A stretch of DNA of 64,000 nt from a virus (Duplodnaviria > Heunggongvirae > Uroviricota > Caudoviricetes): IMG/VR virus record IMGVR_UViG_3300029305_011675; one strand, given 5' to 3'. Made by a program: the position numbers and the translations under genes. Of the stretch, positions 49,828-59,562 are shown one piece after another. The notes beneath the pieces are model-generated. The model saw only the letters and a program-made list of their open reading frames with translations, was not told the origin of the DNA and did no database searches. Numbering within the stretch: position 1 is the stretch's first letter; every line of letters begins with the position of its first letter.

Positions 49828-49945
49828 GTATCTGTATCGTGCTGGAAAACGAGGTTGTAAATACCAGTAACTACTTCGAGAAGTCATATCGAAGCAAGAC
49901 AGGTTGGCAATTGCGGTGTTGGTTCGAGTCCAACCAGATGCACCA
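49828..49945 (+). ncRNA. tRNA-like RNA with ~48-nt expanded anticodon loop
   Basis: Acceptor GTATCTG/CAGATGC + ACCA; D-arm TCGT/ACGA; T-arm GTTGG-TTCGAGT-CCAAC. Confidence 0.7.
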
Positions 49946-50119
49946 AGAGGCAGTAGCCCTAAATAGAGATTGTGACGAGTGCGAAATGCTTAAATAACCC
50001 GCAGAAAACATCTCCGTATCGCGCGAACGAAGATGTGGTTAACCCGAAGCAATCGAGGGGCGGAGTCACTGTTCGATATACAAACTCGGTGTTGGTGAAA
50101 CCCCAACCTGCCTCTAACA
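49946..50119 (+). ncRNA. tRNA-like RNA with large internal domain
   Basis: AGAGGCAG/CTGCCTCT stem adjacent to a T-like arm GTTGG-TGAAACC-CCAAC. Confidence 0.55.
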
Positions 50120-50124
50120 AATAT

Positions 50125-50188
50125 GTGCTGTCGTTTAAATGGAAGACGCGAAAAAGCATGATTGGGTCGATACCAGTCCAGCACACCA
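50125..50188 (+). ncRNA. Minimal tRNA-like RNA with vestigial anticodon arm
   Basis: GTGCTG/CAGCAC + ACCA; D-like arm; T-like arm ATTGG-GTCGATA-CCAGT. Confidence 0.6.
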
Positions 50189-50549
50189 ACAAAAGGAAGG
50201 TAGGCTTAAGAGTAGCCATCCTTTAAAGAGTGGGGAGTAGAAGAACCTGCATTTGCGCAACGTGGAGTTCAAGAAAAGGCGGGTCAGGCCAACCGAGGTC
50301 GCCGTACAAACTACAGGGAAACGAAAGCAGAACGGTCACAATACAGCAATAGTTTAGGAAGCAGTTGAAATACTGTGGAGCGTCTTGCGCTGTGTGATGC
50401 GAGACCACAAGTAGTGTGTAATATGGTAAGTTTCCAAAACGCGAGAGACGCTGGGAATTAAGTAAGCGATGCAATGTTCGGTAAAAGCTAACTTACAATG
50501 CCATATGTGCCCTCTGACCCTTTGGTGTAGCAACACACCTTTTGTACCA
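50189..50549 (+). ncRNA. CCA-ended RNA containing a split mimic of 23S rRNA H43-H44 (uL11-binding domain)
   Basis: AGGAAGGTAGGCTTAAGAGTAGCCATCCTTTAAAGAGTG ... GTGTAGCAACACAC; closing stem ACAAAAGG/CCTTTTGT + ACCA. Confidence 0.75.
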
Positions 50550-50553
50550 AAAG

Positions 50554-50586
50554 AAAAGTCCGTTGATTATTCAACGGACTTTTTTC
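50554..50586. terminator. Bidirectional terminator between the ncRNA operon and pyk
   Basis: AAAAGTCCGTTGA/TCAACGGACTTTT. Confidence 0.85.
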
Positions 50587-50590
50587 TATA

Positions 50591-52003
50591 TTATACATTG
50601 ACAATTCTTAACAAGTTTGTAGTTCCAGAAATATCGAGCGGTACTCCTGCCGTAACAACTACAATGTCTCCCTGTTTTAGGATATTTTCAGATTTTGCTC
50701 TATAAATAGCATCATCAATAAGTGTGCTTTCAGATGTTTGCTTTGATGTAAGAATTGGACAAACACCCCAAGATAATGCCAACTGGTGATAAGTTTTAAT
50801 AGAAGGTGTTGCAGCAATAATCATTTCTTTTGGTCTGAATTTTGATACAAGTCTTGCAGTTTCACCAGAAAGAGTAACCGCAACAATAGCATCAGCGCCA
50901 ATATCTTTCGCAGTAGTACAAGCAGCATCGCAAATTGCATTTGTCTTATCAAATTCCGACACTTCATAGACAAACTCTTTCATTTCCTCATTATCTTTTT
51001 CTGCTTGACGGACAATTTTATCCATTGTCTGAACAACGAGTACTGGATGTTTGCCCATGGCGGTTTCGCCAGATAGCATAACTGCCGATGTACCATCAAA
51101 AACGGCATTTGCAACATCTGTAATTTCTGCTCTCGTTGGCATAGTTTTTTCTGTCATGCTTTCGAGCATCTGTGTTGCAGTAATAACCATCTTACCACTA
51201 CATCTGCATTTTCTGATAAAATTCTTTTGAATACCAGGAATTTTTTCATATTCCACTTCAACACCCATATCCCCACGAGCAACCATAATACCACCCGATA
51301 CTTCAAGAATCTCGTCATAGTTTTCTACACCTTCAAGATTTTCAATTTTGGAAATAATTCTGATATTTTTACCACCATTAATGTCTAAAAATCTTCTTAT
51401 TTTTATAACATCATCAACATTACGGACAAACGATGCGGCGACAAAATCGATATCGTTTTGGATGCCAAATAAAATATCTGCTTTATCTTTTTCGCTCAAA
51501 TATTCCATTTCAATATGACATTTAGGAAGATTGATGCCCTTGTTGTTTGTTAACTTTCCACCAACAATAACATCGCAAACAATTTCCCTGTCTTTAATAT
51601 ATTTAACGATAAGTTCAATACGACCGTCATCAATTAAAACTTTTTGCCCTTTTTTAATTTGAGTATGTAGTTCGGGATATGTTACACTGACAATACGGTC
51701 ATCCCCGATAATATTTTCTGTTGTTAAGGAAAAAGTATTTCCCGCATATAACTCAATGCCTTCGTCACTCTCGAATTTACCAATTCTGATTTCTGGACCT
51801 TTTGTATCAAGCAATAAAGCACATGGCACGCCAACCATTTCTCGTGCCTTTTTGAAATTATCAATCGTTTTTTGATGACTTTCGTGTGTACCGTGAGAAA
51901 AATTAAGTCTGGCAACATTCATACCATTTTTCATCAATTTTCTCAACATTTCAACACTATCGCTTGCAGGACCAATTGTGCAAACTATTTTTGTTTTTCG
52001 CAT
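50591..52003 (-). CDS. pyk: Pyruvate kinase
   Basis: KTKIVCTIGP, RLNFSHG, DTKGPEIR, ARGDMGVE, TQMLESM and MLSGETA motifs. Confidence 0.97.
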   Translation of the reverse strand: MRKTKIVCTIGPASDSVEMLRKLMKNGMNVARLNFSHGTHESHQKTIDNFKKAREMVGVPCALLLDTKGPEIRIGKFESDEGIELYAGNTFSLTTENIIGDDRIVSVTYPELHTQIKKGQKVLIDDGRIELIVKYIKDREIVCDVIVGGKLTNNKGINLPKCHIEMEYLSEKDKADILFGIQNDIDFVAASFVRNVDDVIKIRRFLDINGGKNIRIISKIENLEGVENYDEILEVSGGIMVARGDMGVEVEYEKIPGIQKNFIRKCRCSGKMVITATQMLESMTEKTMPTRAEITDVANAVFDGTSAVMLSGETAMGKHPVLVVQTMDKIVRQAEKDNEEMKEFVYEVSEFDKTNAICDAACTTAKDIGADAIVAVTLSGETARLVSKFRPKEMIIAATPSIKTYHQLALSWGVCPILTSKQTSESTLIDDAIYRAKSENILKQGDIVVVTAGVPLDISGTTNLLRIVNV

Positions 52004-52090
52004 TACTTCAACTCCTTTATTTTTTCCAAATAATCATATACTATTTTTTCACAAAATGCAAAAAATCGGCATCAAACGATGCCGATTATG

Positions 52091-52498
52091 TTATTGCTCA
52101 CTGTTCTCTTGTTCCTGAATATGTTTCAGAAGTTCGATTTTAACAGGTGTGCCGTGAATAGCACTTAACTTAAAAATCATATCCTCTGCCATTTGGAAAG
52201 AAATGTCACGAACAGAATTTTTCATTGTTTCGTAAATAGTCTGTTCTTCTCCGAGAGCAAAAACCCTTGATTGAACAGCAACACTTACATGAAAACCAAC
52301 TTCGTCTGCCCCACAATGTACAATGGTATCTACAAGATAAATGTTTTCCTCATTTTCTGCTTTACGAGCACCAGATTCAACTCGAACTTCAAGTCCGACA
52401 GGACGCCCACAAGCAAGATTGCCAGCGAGAACATTGGATGCCACAGGTTTTGTATTAATCGGGATTACAACCGCTACTTTTTCTTTTCCATTTTCCAT
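52091..52498 (-). CDS. Hypothetical protein
   Basis: GGAGG RBS and promoter. Confidence 0.65.
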   Translation of the reverse strand: MENGKEKVAVVIPINTKPVASNVLAGNLACGRPVGLEVRVESGARKAENEENIYLVDTIVHCGADEVGFHVSVAVQSRVFALGEEQTIYETMKNSVRDISFQMAEDMIFKLSAIHGTPVKIELLKHIQEQENSEQ

Positions 52499-52632
52499 AG
52501 TATGTCAACCTCCATCTATTTTTGTACTCTCATTATACCATAACTCAAGCAATAATGCAACACTTATTTTCAAAAAATCGGTTGACATTAAAAATTTTTT
52601 GTGATATAATAATGATGCGGAGGTAGATAACA

Positions 52633-53229
52633 ATGCAATTAGATAAAATTACAAAAATACACAATGGGTCTTTTGTTAATAGATACGACCTTGAATATAC
52701 AACTAAAAAAGGCAACAAAAAGATTTACGAAATTGTCAGTCACGATAAAAATCTTTGTATAGAAAATGTGCCAAACACAAACAATATTAATGCAGTAGTT
52801 ATTATCCCTGTCAAAGAAGATTTTAGTGCAATTTGTGTAAATATGGAGTTTCGCCTTTCAGTCAATTCCAAAGTATTCAACTTTCCCGCTGGAATTGTAG
52901 AAAAAGATGAGGATATTGTAGTATCCGCAAAACGAGAATTATTTGAAGAAACAGGTCTCAAAATTAAAGAAATTCTTAAATCTTTTGTACCAGCATATAG
53001 TGCAATTGGTGTTTGCAACGAACGAACCGCCGTTGTATATTGCACCGTAGAAGATGGAGATTTTGTTCCGAGCACAGATGAAATGGAAGAAATTGAACCT
53101 GTTTGGTTAACAATAGAAGAAGCAAAAATAGTTTCTAATTCACCAGAATGCACCGCAAGAACACAGGTAATATTAAGTCTATTTGGTTCTGGTTTGTTCA
53201 AAGAATATATTAAAAGTATAAAGGAGTGA
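52633..53229 (+). CDS. Nudix hydrolase, ADP-ribose pyrophosphatase-like
   Basis: Nudix box FPAGIVEKDEDIVVSAKRELFEETG. Confidence 0.88.
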   Translation: MQLDKITKIHNGSFVNRYDLEYTTKKGNKKIYEIVSHDKNLCIENVPNTNNINAVVIIPVKEDFSAICVNMEFRLSVNSKVFNFPAGIVEKDEDIVVSAKRELFEETGLKIKEILKSFVPAYSAIGVCNERTAVVYCTVEDGDFVPSTDEMEEIEPVWLTIEEAKIVSNSPECTARTQVILSLFGSGLFKEYIKSIKE

Positions 53230-53234
53230 GATAA

Positions 53235-54458
53235 GTGATTTCTGCATACGAAATGTTTAAAGGTTTTTATGACAAAATGTTCAAAAACAGCAAAGACGAA
53301 ATTTTAATTGAATATAAAAACAATGTTGACGACAATTCTGTATTGCAGAATGCATCCGCTCTGGCGAATACACCTGCGAATATACAAAATGCATATGCTT
53401 CCGCATCGGCACAGCAAAGTTATGCTTATGGTTATAGTTCTGCTTCCAGTGCAAACACTTCTCATGCGGTTGGAACGAATGCTTCTCAATCTCGCACAAC
53501 TGGTTATCATAGCAATCCGTCCAATTACACTCCTTCTCGTGTAAATTCTTATACAAATGCATTTTCTGCGGCAAGCAATAGCAACTCTATCAATCAACAT
53601 TTGATTGATTCCAAATTAGAAGGTACTTTGCTTGGTATTATGGAGGTTGAGACACTTCAATATCACATTCACATGATGCCTGATGGAACATTCGCTTCTT
53701 TCCCGTTCAAAGATGTACAATACGAATATTATATGGAAGTTCCCGTTAGATTTGGCAAAAAGATTTATTACAAAATCAAACCTTATGTAAGGGAACGAAT
53801 TATTCACAACTATGAAACCAAAAAGAAAGATATCGGTTTTGCGTCTATCCTTCCTATGGAAAGCATTGATTCTGTTGATGACATCCCTGATGCAGAAGAA
53901 TTCACCTATGCACCAATTAACACACTTCCATTTAAAATCACAAATATGAGGCAATCTCTTAACGACAATACCTATCGTTTTTTCATCTACGATACCGAAA
54001 TTGCAGAATTGTACGATGACGAAGAAGAAGCATTTGTCAACAGCGACCTTTCTATGGTGTTGCAGTTTTTCAACCATAACAATATAAGAGTAGATAAATT
54101 CACAAAAGAATTTGAAAAACAAAGAAAAAAGTTTGTCAAAAAGTTTGGCGAAGATGTAGATGGTGTTTGTGAAGTATTTAAAGGTATTTGCACCTCCGAC
54201 TGGATTGACAGTAAAGGTTATGAAGTGCTTGAAATCAAAGATACTGAAAACAACACAACAGAACCATTTTATATCACATTCGGTAAAAATAAAATCTTAT
54301 TCAACAACAAACTTGTTCCACAACCGTCGTTAGATAATTATAGCAATCAAAACATTAAGTTGCTCTTGGGTGTTTCTAACGACAACAATACGCTCTATTA
54401 TGCATTGTTTGTTGGTGGCAACATTGAGACTTTTGAAAAATTCACCCCGATAAAATAA
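53235..54458 (+). CDS. Hypothetical protein with Ser/Ala/Asn-rich low-complexity region
   Basis: 407-aa ORF with AAGGAG RBS. Confidence 0.7.
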   Translation: MISAYEMFKGFYDKMFKNSKDEILIEYKNNVDDNSVLQNASALANTPANIQNAYASASAQQSYAYGYSSASSANTSHAVGTNASQSRTTGYHSNPSNYTPSRVNSYTNAFSAASNSNSINQHLIDSKLEGTLLGIMEVETLQYHIHMMPDGTFASFPFKDVQYEYYMEVPVRFGKKIYYKIKPYVRERIIHNYETKKKDIGFASILPMESIDSVDDIPDAEEFTYAPINTLPFKITNMRQSLNDNTYRFFIYDTEIAELYDDEEEAFVNSDLSMVLQFFNHNNIRVDKFTKEFEKQRKKFVKKFGEDVDGVCEVFKGICTSDWIDSKGYEVLEIKDTENNTTEPFYITFGKNKILFNNKLVPQPSLDNYSNQNIKLLLGVSNDNNTLYYALFVGGNIETFEKFTPIK

Positions 54459-54496
54459 CAAAAGAAAGACCGTGCTCTTCAGCACGGTCTCTTTGT

Positions 54497-54781
54497 TTAT
54501 TCTGCATGTGGAGGCATTGGTGGTTTTCTCATTACAAGAAGTTTAATCTCTACACCATCGTCATCTGTTCCCTCTTTTACGAGTTTTGAGATTTCTCTCA
54601 AATCTCTTTTCGAAAGCATAAGTTCAACAGTCTCTGCTTCGCCTTTTACTTTTGGGATAATGAAGGTCTTTTTACCTTCATCGTTTTTCATTACGACAGC
54701 GAGATTTTCATCTCCATATTTCTCGTCAATTTTGTCTGCGGCAATTTTTGAAACACCGAGAACAAGAGTTTTATCTACCAT
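54497..54781 (-). CDS. Hypothetical protein
   Basis: AGGAG RBS before MVDKTL. Confidence 0.65.
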   Translation of the reverse strand: MVDKTLVLGVSKIAADKIDEKYGDENLAVVMKNDEGKKTFIIPKVKGEAETVELMLSKRDLREISKLVKEGTDDDGVEIKLLVMRKPPMPPHAE

Positions 54782-54889
54782 TATTTTTGCTCCTTTCGGG
54801 TATTTTTTATAATTATAAAAAATCATATTAAAAAAATCAAAAAAATATTAAAAAATGACCACTCTCAAAAATGAGAGTGGTCGTCTTTT

Positions 54890-56848
54890 TTACTTAAGGT
54901 CTTCAAATTCTTGTTCAGTAATTACTTTAACACCAAGAGATTTTGCCTTTTCCAACTTACTTCCTGCCTTTTCTCCAGCAAGCAAATAATCAGTCTTTTT
55001 AGAAACAGAAGACGAGCATTTTCCGCCAAGTCTTTCAATTTCTTCAACGATAGAATCTCTTGTGTAATTTTGCAGTGTACCAGTAACAACAAATGTTTTA
55101 CCGTTAAATACACCAGAAGTCTGAATAGCAACTTCAACCTCGAATTCCATTTCGTCAGAAAGACCTTCAATGAAATTCTGCTCGAATGCATCACGATACC
55201 ATTCGTGGATAGAACGATTGATGATGTCGCCAATTTCAGCAATTCTTGTAAAATCATAATAGTTTTCGAGAGCATCGATAAACTTCTGATAATTTCCTCC
55301 AAATGCTTTGGAAATATCCTTTGCGGTTTTTTTACCAACATTAGGAATGCCCAAACCAGTCAGATAATTTTCGAGTTTAATCTTTCTGCTCTTTTCGATA
55401 GCAATCAAAAGATTATTACAAGATTGTTCGCCGAAACCTTCCATTGCCATAATTTCAGCAGCATGGTCTTCGAGTTTGTAAATGTCGCACATTTTCTTAA
55501 TCCAACCCTTTTCGACGAACTTTTCCAAAGTGGATTCGGAAAGTCCATCGATATTTGCACAAGGTTTAGATGCGAAATGACTATATCTACGAACCATTTT
55601 TGCAGAACAAAGGTCGTTAGAACAATAAAGGAAGCGTGCTTCCAATTTTGCCTTTGCAACAAGTTTAGAACCGCAGCAAGGACACACCGAAGGCAAAGCA
55701 TAGGTTCCACTTTTCGTCAGATTTTCTGCAACCTGCGGGATGATTTGATTTGCCTTGTAGACAGTAATCTTGTCTCCAATTCCAAACTTAAACTTCTCGA
55801 TAATATCAAGGTTATGCCCCGTAGCACGAGAAACCTTTGCATCATCAAGGACAACCTCATCAAACAAGATTGTCAAACTTACCATTCCAGTTCTGGTGGG
55901 ATTTAGTTCGATGCCACGGAAAATAGTTTCCTTTTTTTCATCATAAAACTTAAATGCCACACCATCTTTGAAATGATGCTCGGTTCGCCCAAGACTTTCG
56001 CTATAGTCAACATCATCATAGGCGAGGACCAAACCATCAATGGGCCATTGGCGTTCTTTTGCCTTTTCCACAAGGAAATCAATTCCGTTCTGGATTTCCG
56101 CTTCACTATAACTGTGATTGCTACATTGAGGATAAACAATCAAATTATTCTTTTCAAAACCAAAAGAAACCAAATGGTCGAGTTTATCAACCTTGGAATC
56201 GTATTGGTCAAGACCGTCTAAAACGGCAAACGGAACAAAAAGTAACTTTCTTTGTGCACAAACTTCGGAAGAAAACTGACGGATTGAACCCGCAGCGACA
56301 TTTCTTACAGGTGTAACTTCGCCGACCTGCTCGCAGTACTTCTCAAAGTCATCCAATCTCATAATGCTCTCTCCAACAACCCTCAATCTTTCGGTATAAC
56401 CGATTTTATGAGGAATGCCATCAATATGATAAGCATTATGTGTAACGACTTCACCTTCAATGCCATCTCCACGAGTAGATGCCATTACCAACTCACCATT
56501 TTCATAGATAAGTTCGGTAGTAAGACCATCTAATTTAAGGCCAAGATAAGTCGTGCCCTTATTCATAAAAGCAACAAGGTCTTCAACCAACTTTGTCTTA
56601 TCGAGAGATAGCAACGGAGTTTCATGCACATACTTTGGCAATTCGCTGACAGTTTTGTAGCCAACAGACTGTGTAGGTGAATTTTTTAGGATAACACCCG
56701 TTTCCTTTTCCAACTCAACAATCTCATCAAAAAGAGCATCGTATGCTTCATCAGAAACAAGAGATATATTATGGTTGTAATACATATCTCTATAATGATT
56801 TGCCTGTTTGATGAGTTCCTTAAGTCGGATAATCATATCCTCCTTCAT
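54890..56848 (-). CDS. ligA: NAD+-dependent DNA ligase
   Basis: KLDG, STRGDG, Zn finger CPCC...C..C, HhH and BRCT domains. Confidence 0.95.
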   Translation of the reverse strand: MKEDMIIRLKELIKQANHYRDMYYNHNISLVSDEAYDALFDEIVELEKETGVILKNSPTQSVGYKTVSELPKYVHETPLLSLDKTKLVEDLVAFMNKGTTYLGLKLDGLTTELIYENGELVMASTRGDGIEGEVVTHNAYHIDGIPHKIGYTERLRVVGESIMRLDDFEKYCEQVGEVTPVRNVAAGSIRQFSSEVCAQRKLLFVPFAVLDGLDQYDSKVDKLDHLVSFGFEKNNLIVYPQCSNHSYSEAEIQNGIDFLVEKAKERQWPIDGLVLAYDDVDYSESLGRTEHHFKDGVAFKFYDEKKETIFRGIELNPTRTGMVSLTILFDEVVLDDAKVSRATGHNLDIIEKFKFGIGDKITVYKANQIIPQVAENLTKSGTYALPSVCPCCGSKLVAKAKLEARFLYCSNDLCSAKMVRRYSHFASKPCANIDGLSESTLEKFVEKGWIKKMCDIYKLEDHAAEIMAMEGFGEQSCNNLLIAIEKSRKIKLENYLTGLGIPNVGKKTAKDISKAFGGNYQKFIDALENYYDFTRIAEIGDIINRSIHEWYRDAFEQNFIEGLSDEMEFEVEVAIQTSGVFNGKTFVVTGTLQNYTRDSIVEEIERLGGKCSSSVSKKTDYLLAGEKAGSKLEKAKSLGVKVITEQEFEDLK

Positions 56849-57044
56849 AAGAGAAACCTCCTTCAAAATTTTGGTTCTTTTATTTTAACATATAAGACTT
56901 TTCTTTTCAAAAAATCTTTCTTTTCCACTACCATTATTATACCACAAAACCACCGCAATGTCAACACAAAAGTGCAAAAAACAGTTGACATTACCATAAA
57001 AATATGGTATAATAAACATATCAAACAAGGAAAGGATTTTTATT

Positions 57045-57269
57045 ATGATTTTTGAAAATGAAATGATTTTGGCGAAGGAAACAGGAAGAAATTACGATTT
57101 TATCGCAACTATTGAGAATAAAACAGACCATGAAATTCTCATCACATTCGAAGACGAATATATCGAACCTATCGTAGTTGATGATTGGGTTGGTATTCTT
57201 GCAGACAGCAATGGTTACGAAACAGTGGAAGCACTTAAAGAAGGCAAGTTTATTGTTGAAAACTACTAA
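57045..57269 (+). CDS. Hypothetical protein
   Basis: Promoter at 56985; RBS. Confidence 0.65.
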   Translation: MIFENEMILAKETGRNYDFIATIENKTDHEILITFEDEYIEPIVVDDWVGILADSNGYETVEALKEGKFIVENY

Positions 57270-57368
57270 TTCTTGAGAAAAAACCATCAATATAATACAA
57301 TATTAAAACAACCTTATTTATATTTTCGGAGGAATATTAAGGTTAATAAATATTAAAGGAGAGTAATT

Positions 57369-58178
57369 ATGGCAAGAAAAAAGACTGCACCCCCTACAAG
57401 AGAAGAGATTCTCGCAAGTAATTTGAAGGATAGGCTTTCTCGAATGAAGTTTATTCCCGAACCCACTTACAGATTCAATGTCGGTGACCAAGTTGCCATT
57501 GGTCATCTCGCAAAGGTTTTTATCAAGGAAGTTCTTGCTGATGGCAAACTGTACCTCTTGGGGTATTCTGCCGAAATCAAGAACAAGCAGTATGTGAACG
57601 GCAAATACGAAGAAATTATCACCTATGAAGATGGACAAGAGAGATATGCATGGTGGATGGATGTTCGTCCCAAGACCACCAATACAGAATCTCTCATCAA
57701 GAACGATAATATCCATCTGTCCTTCTCCCAAAGAAGTTTGGGTTCTCTGTTCGGAAATGTGTATTTCTTCGGCACAGATATGGACCCCGAATATCAGAGA
57801 GATTATTGTTGGACATTGGAAGACAAGGTTGCACTTGTAGATTCCATTTTTTCCAACATCGATATCGGTAAGTTCGTCTTTGTCCACAACGATTACGGCG
57901 ACGAATATCTCTATGAAATTCTTGATGGAAAGCAGAGATTGCGTGCAATCTTGGACTACTACGAGAACCGATTCCCCTACAAGGGAAAGTATTTCAATGA
58001 CCTTTCCGTAAGAGACCAGAACTGGTTCTGCGATAAGTGTATTGCTGTTGCAGAGGTTTCCAAGTCCAGCAAGAAAGAACTTTTGAGATATTTCCTTATG
58101 CTCAATACCGCAGGTAAGAGCATGGATAAAAACCACATCAAAAAGATTTTCGAAATGTATGAGGAGTGTGAAGGATAA
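57369..58178 (+). CDS. DUF262 (ParB/Srx-like) domain protein
   Basis: PEYQRDYCW, ILDGKQRL and FLMLN motifs. Confidence 0.8.
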   Translation: MARKKTAPPTREEILASNLKDRLSRMKFIPEPTYRFNVGDQVAIGHLAKVFIKEVLADGKLYLLGYSAEIKNKQYVNGKYEEIITYEDGQERYAWWMDVRPKTTNTESLIKNDNIHLSFSQRSLGSLFGNVYFFGTDMDPEYQRDYCWTLEDKVALVDSIFSNIDIGKFVFVHNDYGDEYLYEILDGKQRLRAILDYYENRFPYKGKYFNDLSVRDQNWFCDKCIAVAEVSKSSKKELLRYFLMLNTAGKSMDKNHIKKIFEMYEECEG

Positions 58179-58771
58179 TGAGAGAAGTCAGAATGACCGT
58201 TTATAACTTTTACGAGTTGACGGAAGAAGCACAGGAAAAAGCATACGACGATTATCTTTCCTTCATCGAGGAAACAGCATCTGTTCTGTTCGCAGACAGA
58301 GAGGATGTGCAGAAGGCCATCGCAAAATGTGAAGAATTAAAAACTCCGTGGTTCTTCCGTCAGCATCTGCACGAAATCAACGGAGAAAACATTAAGAAGG
58401 AACTTGCCAATGAATTTGAGTTCTATGAAGACGGAACTGTCTTTGCAGAACCCGATGATACTAATTTGAAAGCACTACATTATGTATTTGCAACCAATAT
58501 GAATGCCGATGGCATTACGGTAATTCCGTATTTACTTCGTCAAACCTCCGAGGATGCAAATTTTGATATGGAAGATGCAATCAAAAAGGCAAGTGCAGAA
58601 TTTGTAACCACCGAAGATGGCAAGCGTGTTCTCGCCGACAATGGCGATTGTTTCAACATCGGAGACTTTATGTTAAATGTTCCAAATGATTTTTGCAGAA
58701 AATTCGGTTTTGAGCAGGTAATGCAAAATGCTGGGCAAACCATCTTCCATGAGGATGCAATTCTCATCTAA
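58178..58771 (+). CDS. Hypothetical protein
   Basis: Translationally coupled (TAATG). Confidence 0.7.
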   Translation: MREVRMTVYNFYELTEEAQEKAYDDYLSFIEETASVLFADREDVQKAIAKCEELKTPWFFRQHLHEINGENIKKELANEFEFYEDGTVFAEPDDTNLKALHYVFATNMNADGITVIPYLLRQTSEDANFDMEDAIKKASAEFVTTEDGKRVLADNGDCFNIGDFMLNVPNDFCRKFGFEQVMQNAGQTIFHEDAILI

Positions 58772-58950
58772 CAAATCAAAACACATCCCTCGTGGGATGT
58801 GTTTTGTTTCTTATAAATAGTTCAAAAATTTTTCGTATTTTCAGAAAAAAAGTAGTTGACAAACCGAATCAACTATGATATAATAAGACCACAAATCAAA
58901 CGAAACAGTTTGAGAAAGAAAAAATCTTAATTCAAGAAGGAGTTATTAAA

Positions 58951-59373
58951 ATGTATAAGTTTGATACCGAGAAGCAGGAGAATTTCACCTATCATAAGGA
59001 CGAAGAGAAGGGTGTCGTAGTTGCGGTACTGGATGTACCCAAGGACATCGTTGCAGAAGAGATGCTTAATGTCCTCAATAAGGCATCTGGTGCATCTTTT
59101 ATCGTTGATGGTGCAATGCTTCAGAATTCCATGCTGATTGCTGGCACTTATCGTGGTGTTGCTCATTGCCACGAGTCTGATGCTTTCGATTTCGAGACTG
59201 GTAAGTATTATGCAAAGCGCCGTGCACTTCTGCAGTACTATCAGGACCGCAAGCGAGTTTCCGACCGTGTTAAGGCAATCTTTGCAGATGCCGCTCGTCG
59301 TATGGCACTGGCAGCAGACCATAACGACTATTCCATTGCTCGCATCAAGGAGCAGTTGGCAGAGGAAGTCTAA
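58951..59373 (+). CDS. Hypothetical protein
   Basis: Promoter at 58856; AGGAG RBS. Confidence 0.7.
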   Translation: MYKFDTEKQENFTYHKDEEKGVVVAVLDVPKDIVAEEMLNVLNKASGASFIVDGAMLQNSMLIAGTYRGVAHCHESDAFDFETGKYYAKRRALLQYYQDRKRVSDRVKAIFADAARRMALAADHNDYSIARIKEQLAEEV

Positions 59374-59485
59374 TCGTACATCAAATCCTCCCCGTCACGG
59401 GGTGGCGGGGAGGAAAAAGTTTTAACTATTTTCATAAAAACACTTGACAAATACTTAAAGATGTGATATAATACAAATGTTCCAT

Positions 59486-59562
59486 CGGGATGTAGTTCAG
59501 TTTGGAAGAACGCGTGGTTTGGGACCATGAGGCCGCAGGTTCGAGTCCTGTCATCCCGACCA
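59486..59562 (+). tRNA. tRNA-Pro(UGG)
   Basis: Cloverleaf; anticodon arm CGTGG-TTTGGGA-CCATG; CCA; own promoter 59444-59472. Confidence 0.95.

Noticed and set aside
49486-50536. Short ORFs across the ncRNA operon
   Set aside because: No RBS, they overlap tRNA-Lys and structured RNA, and the composition is not protein-like.
50189-50549. Genuine 23S rRNA gene or fragment
   Set aside because: Only the ~58-nt domain matches. It is split, has compensatory changes, and the flanks are not rRNA-like.
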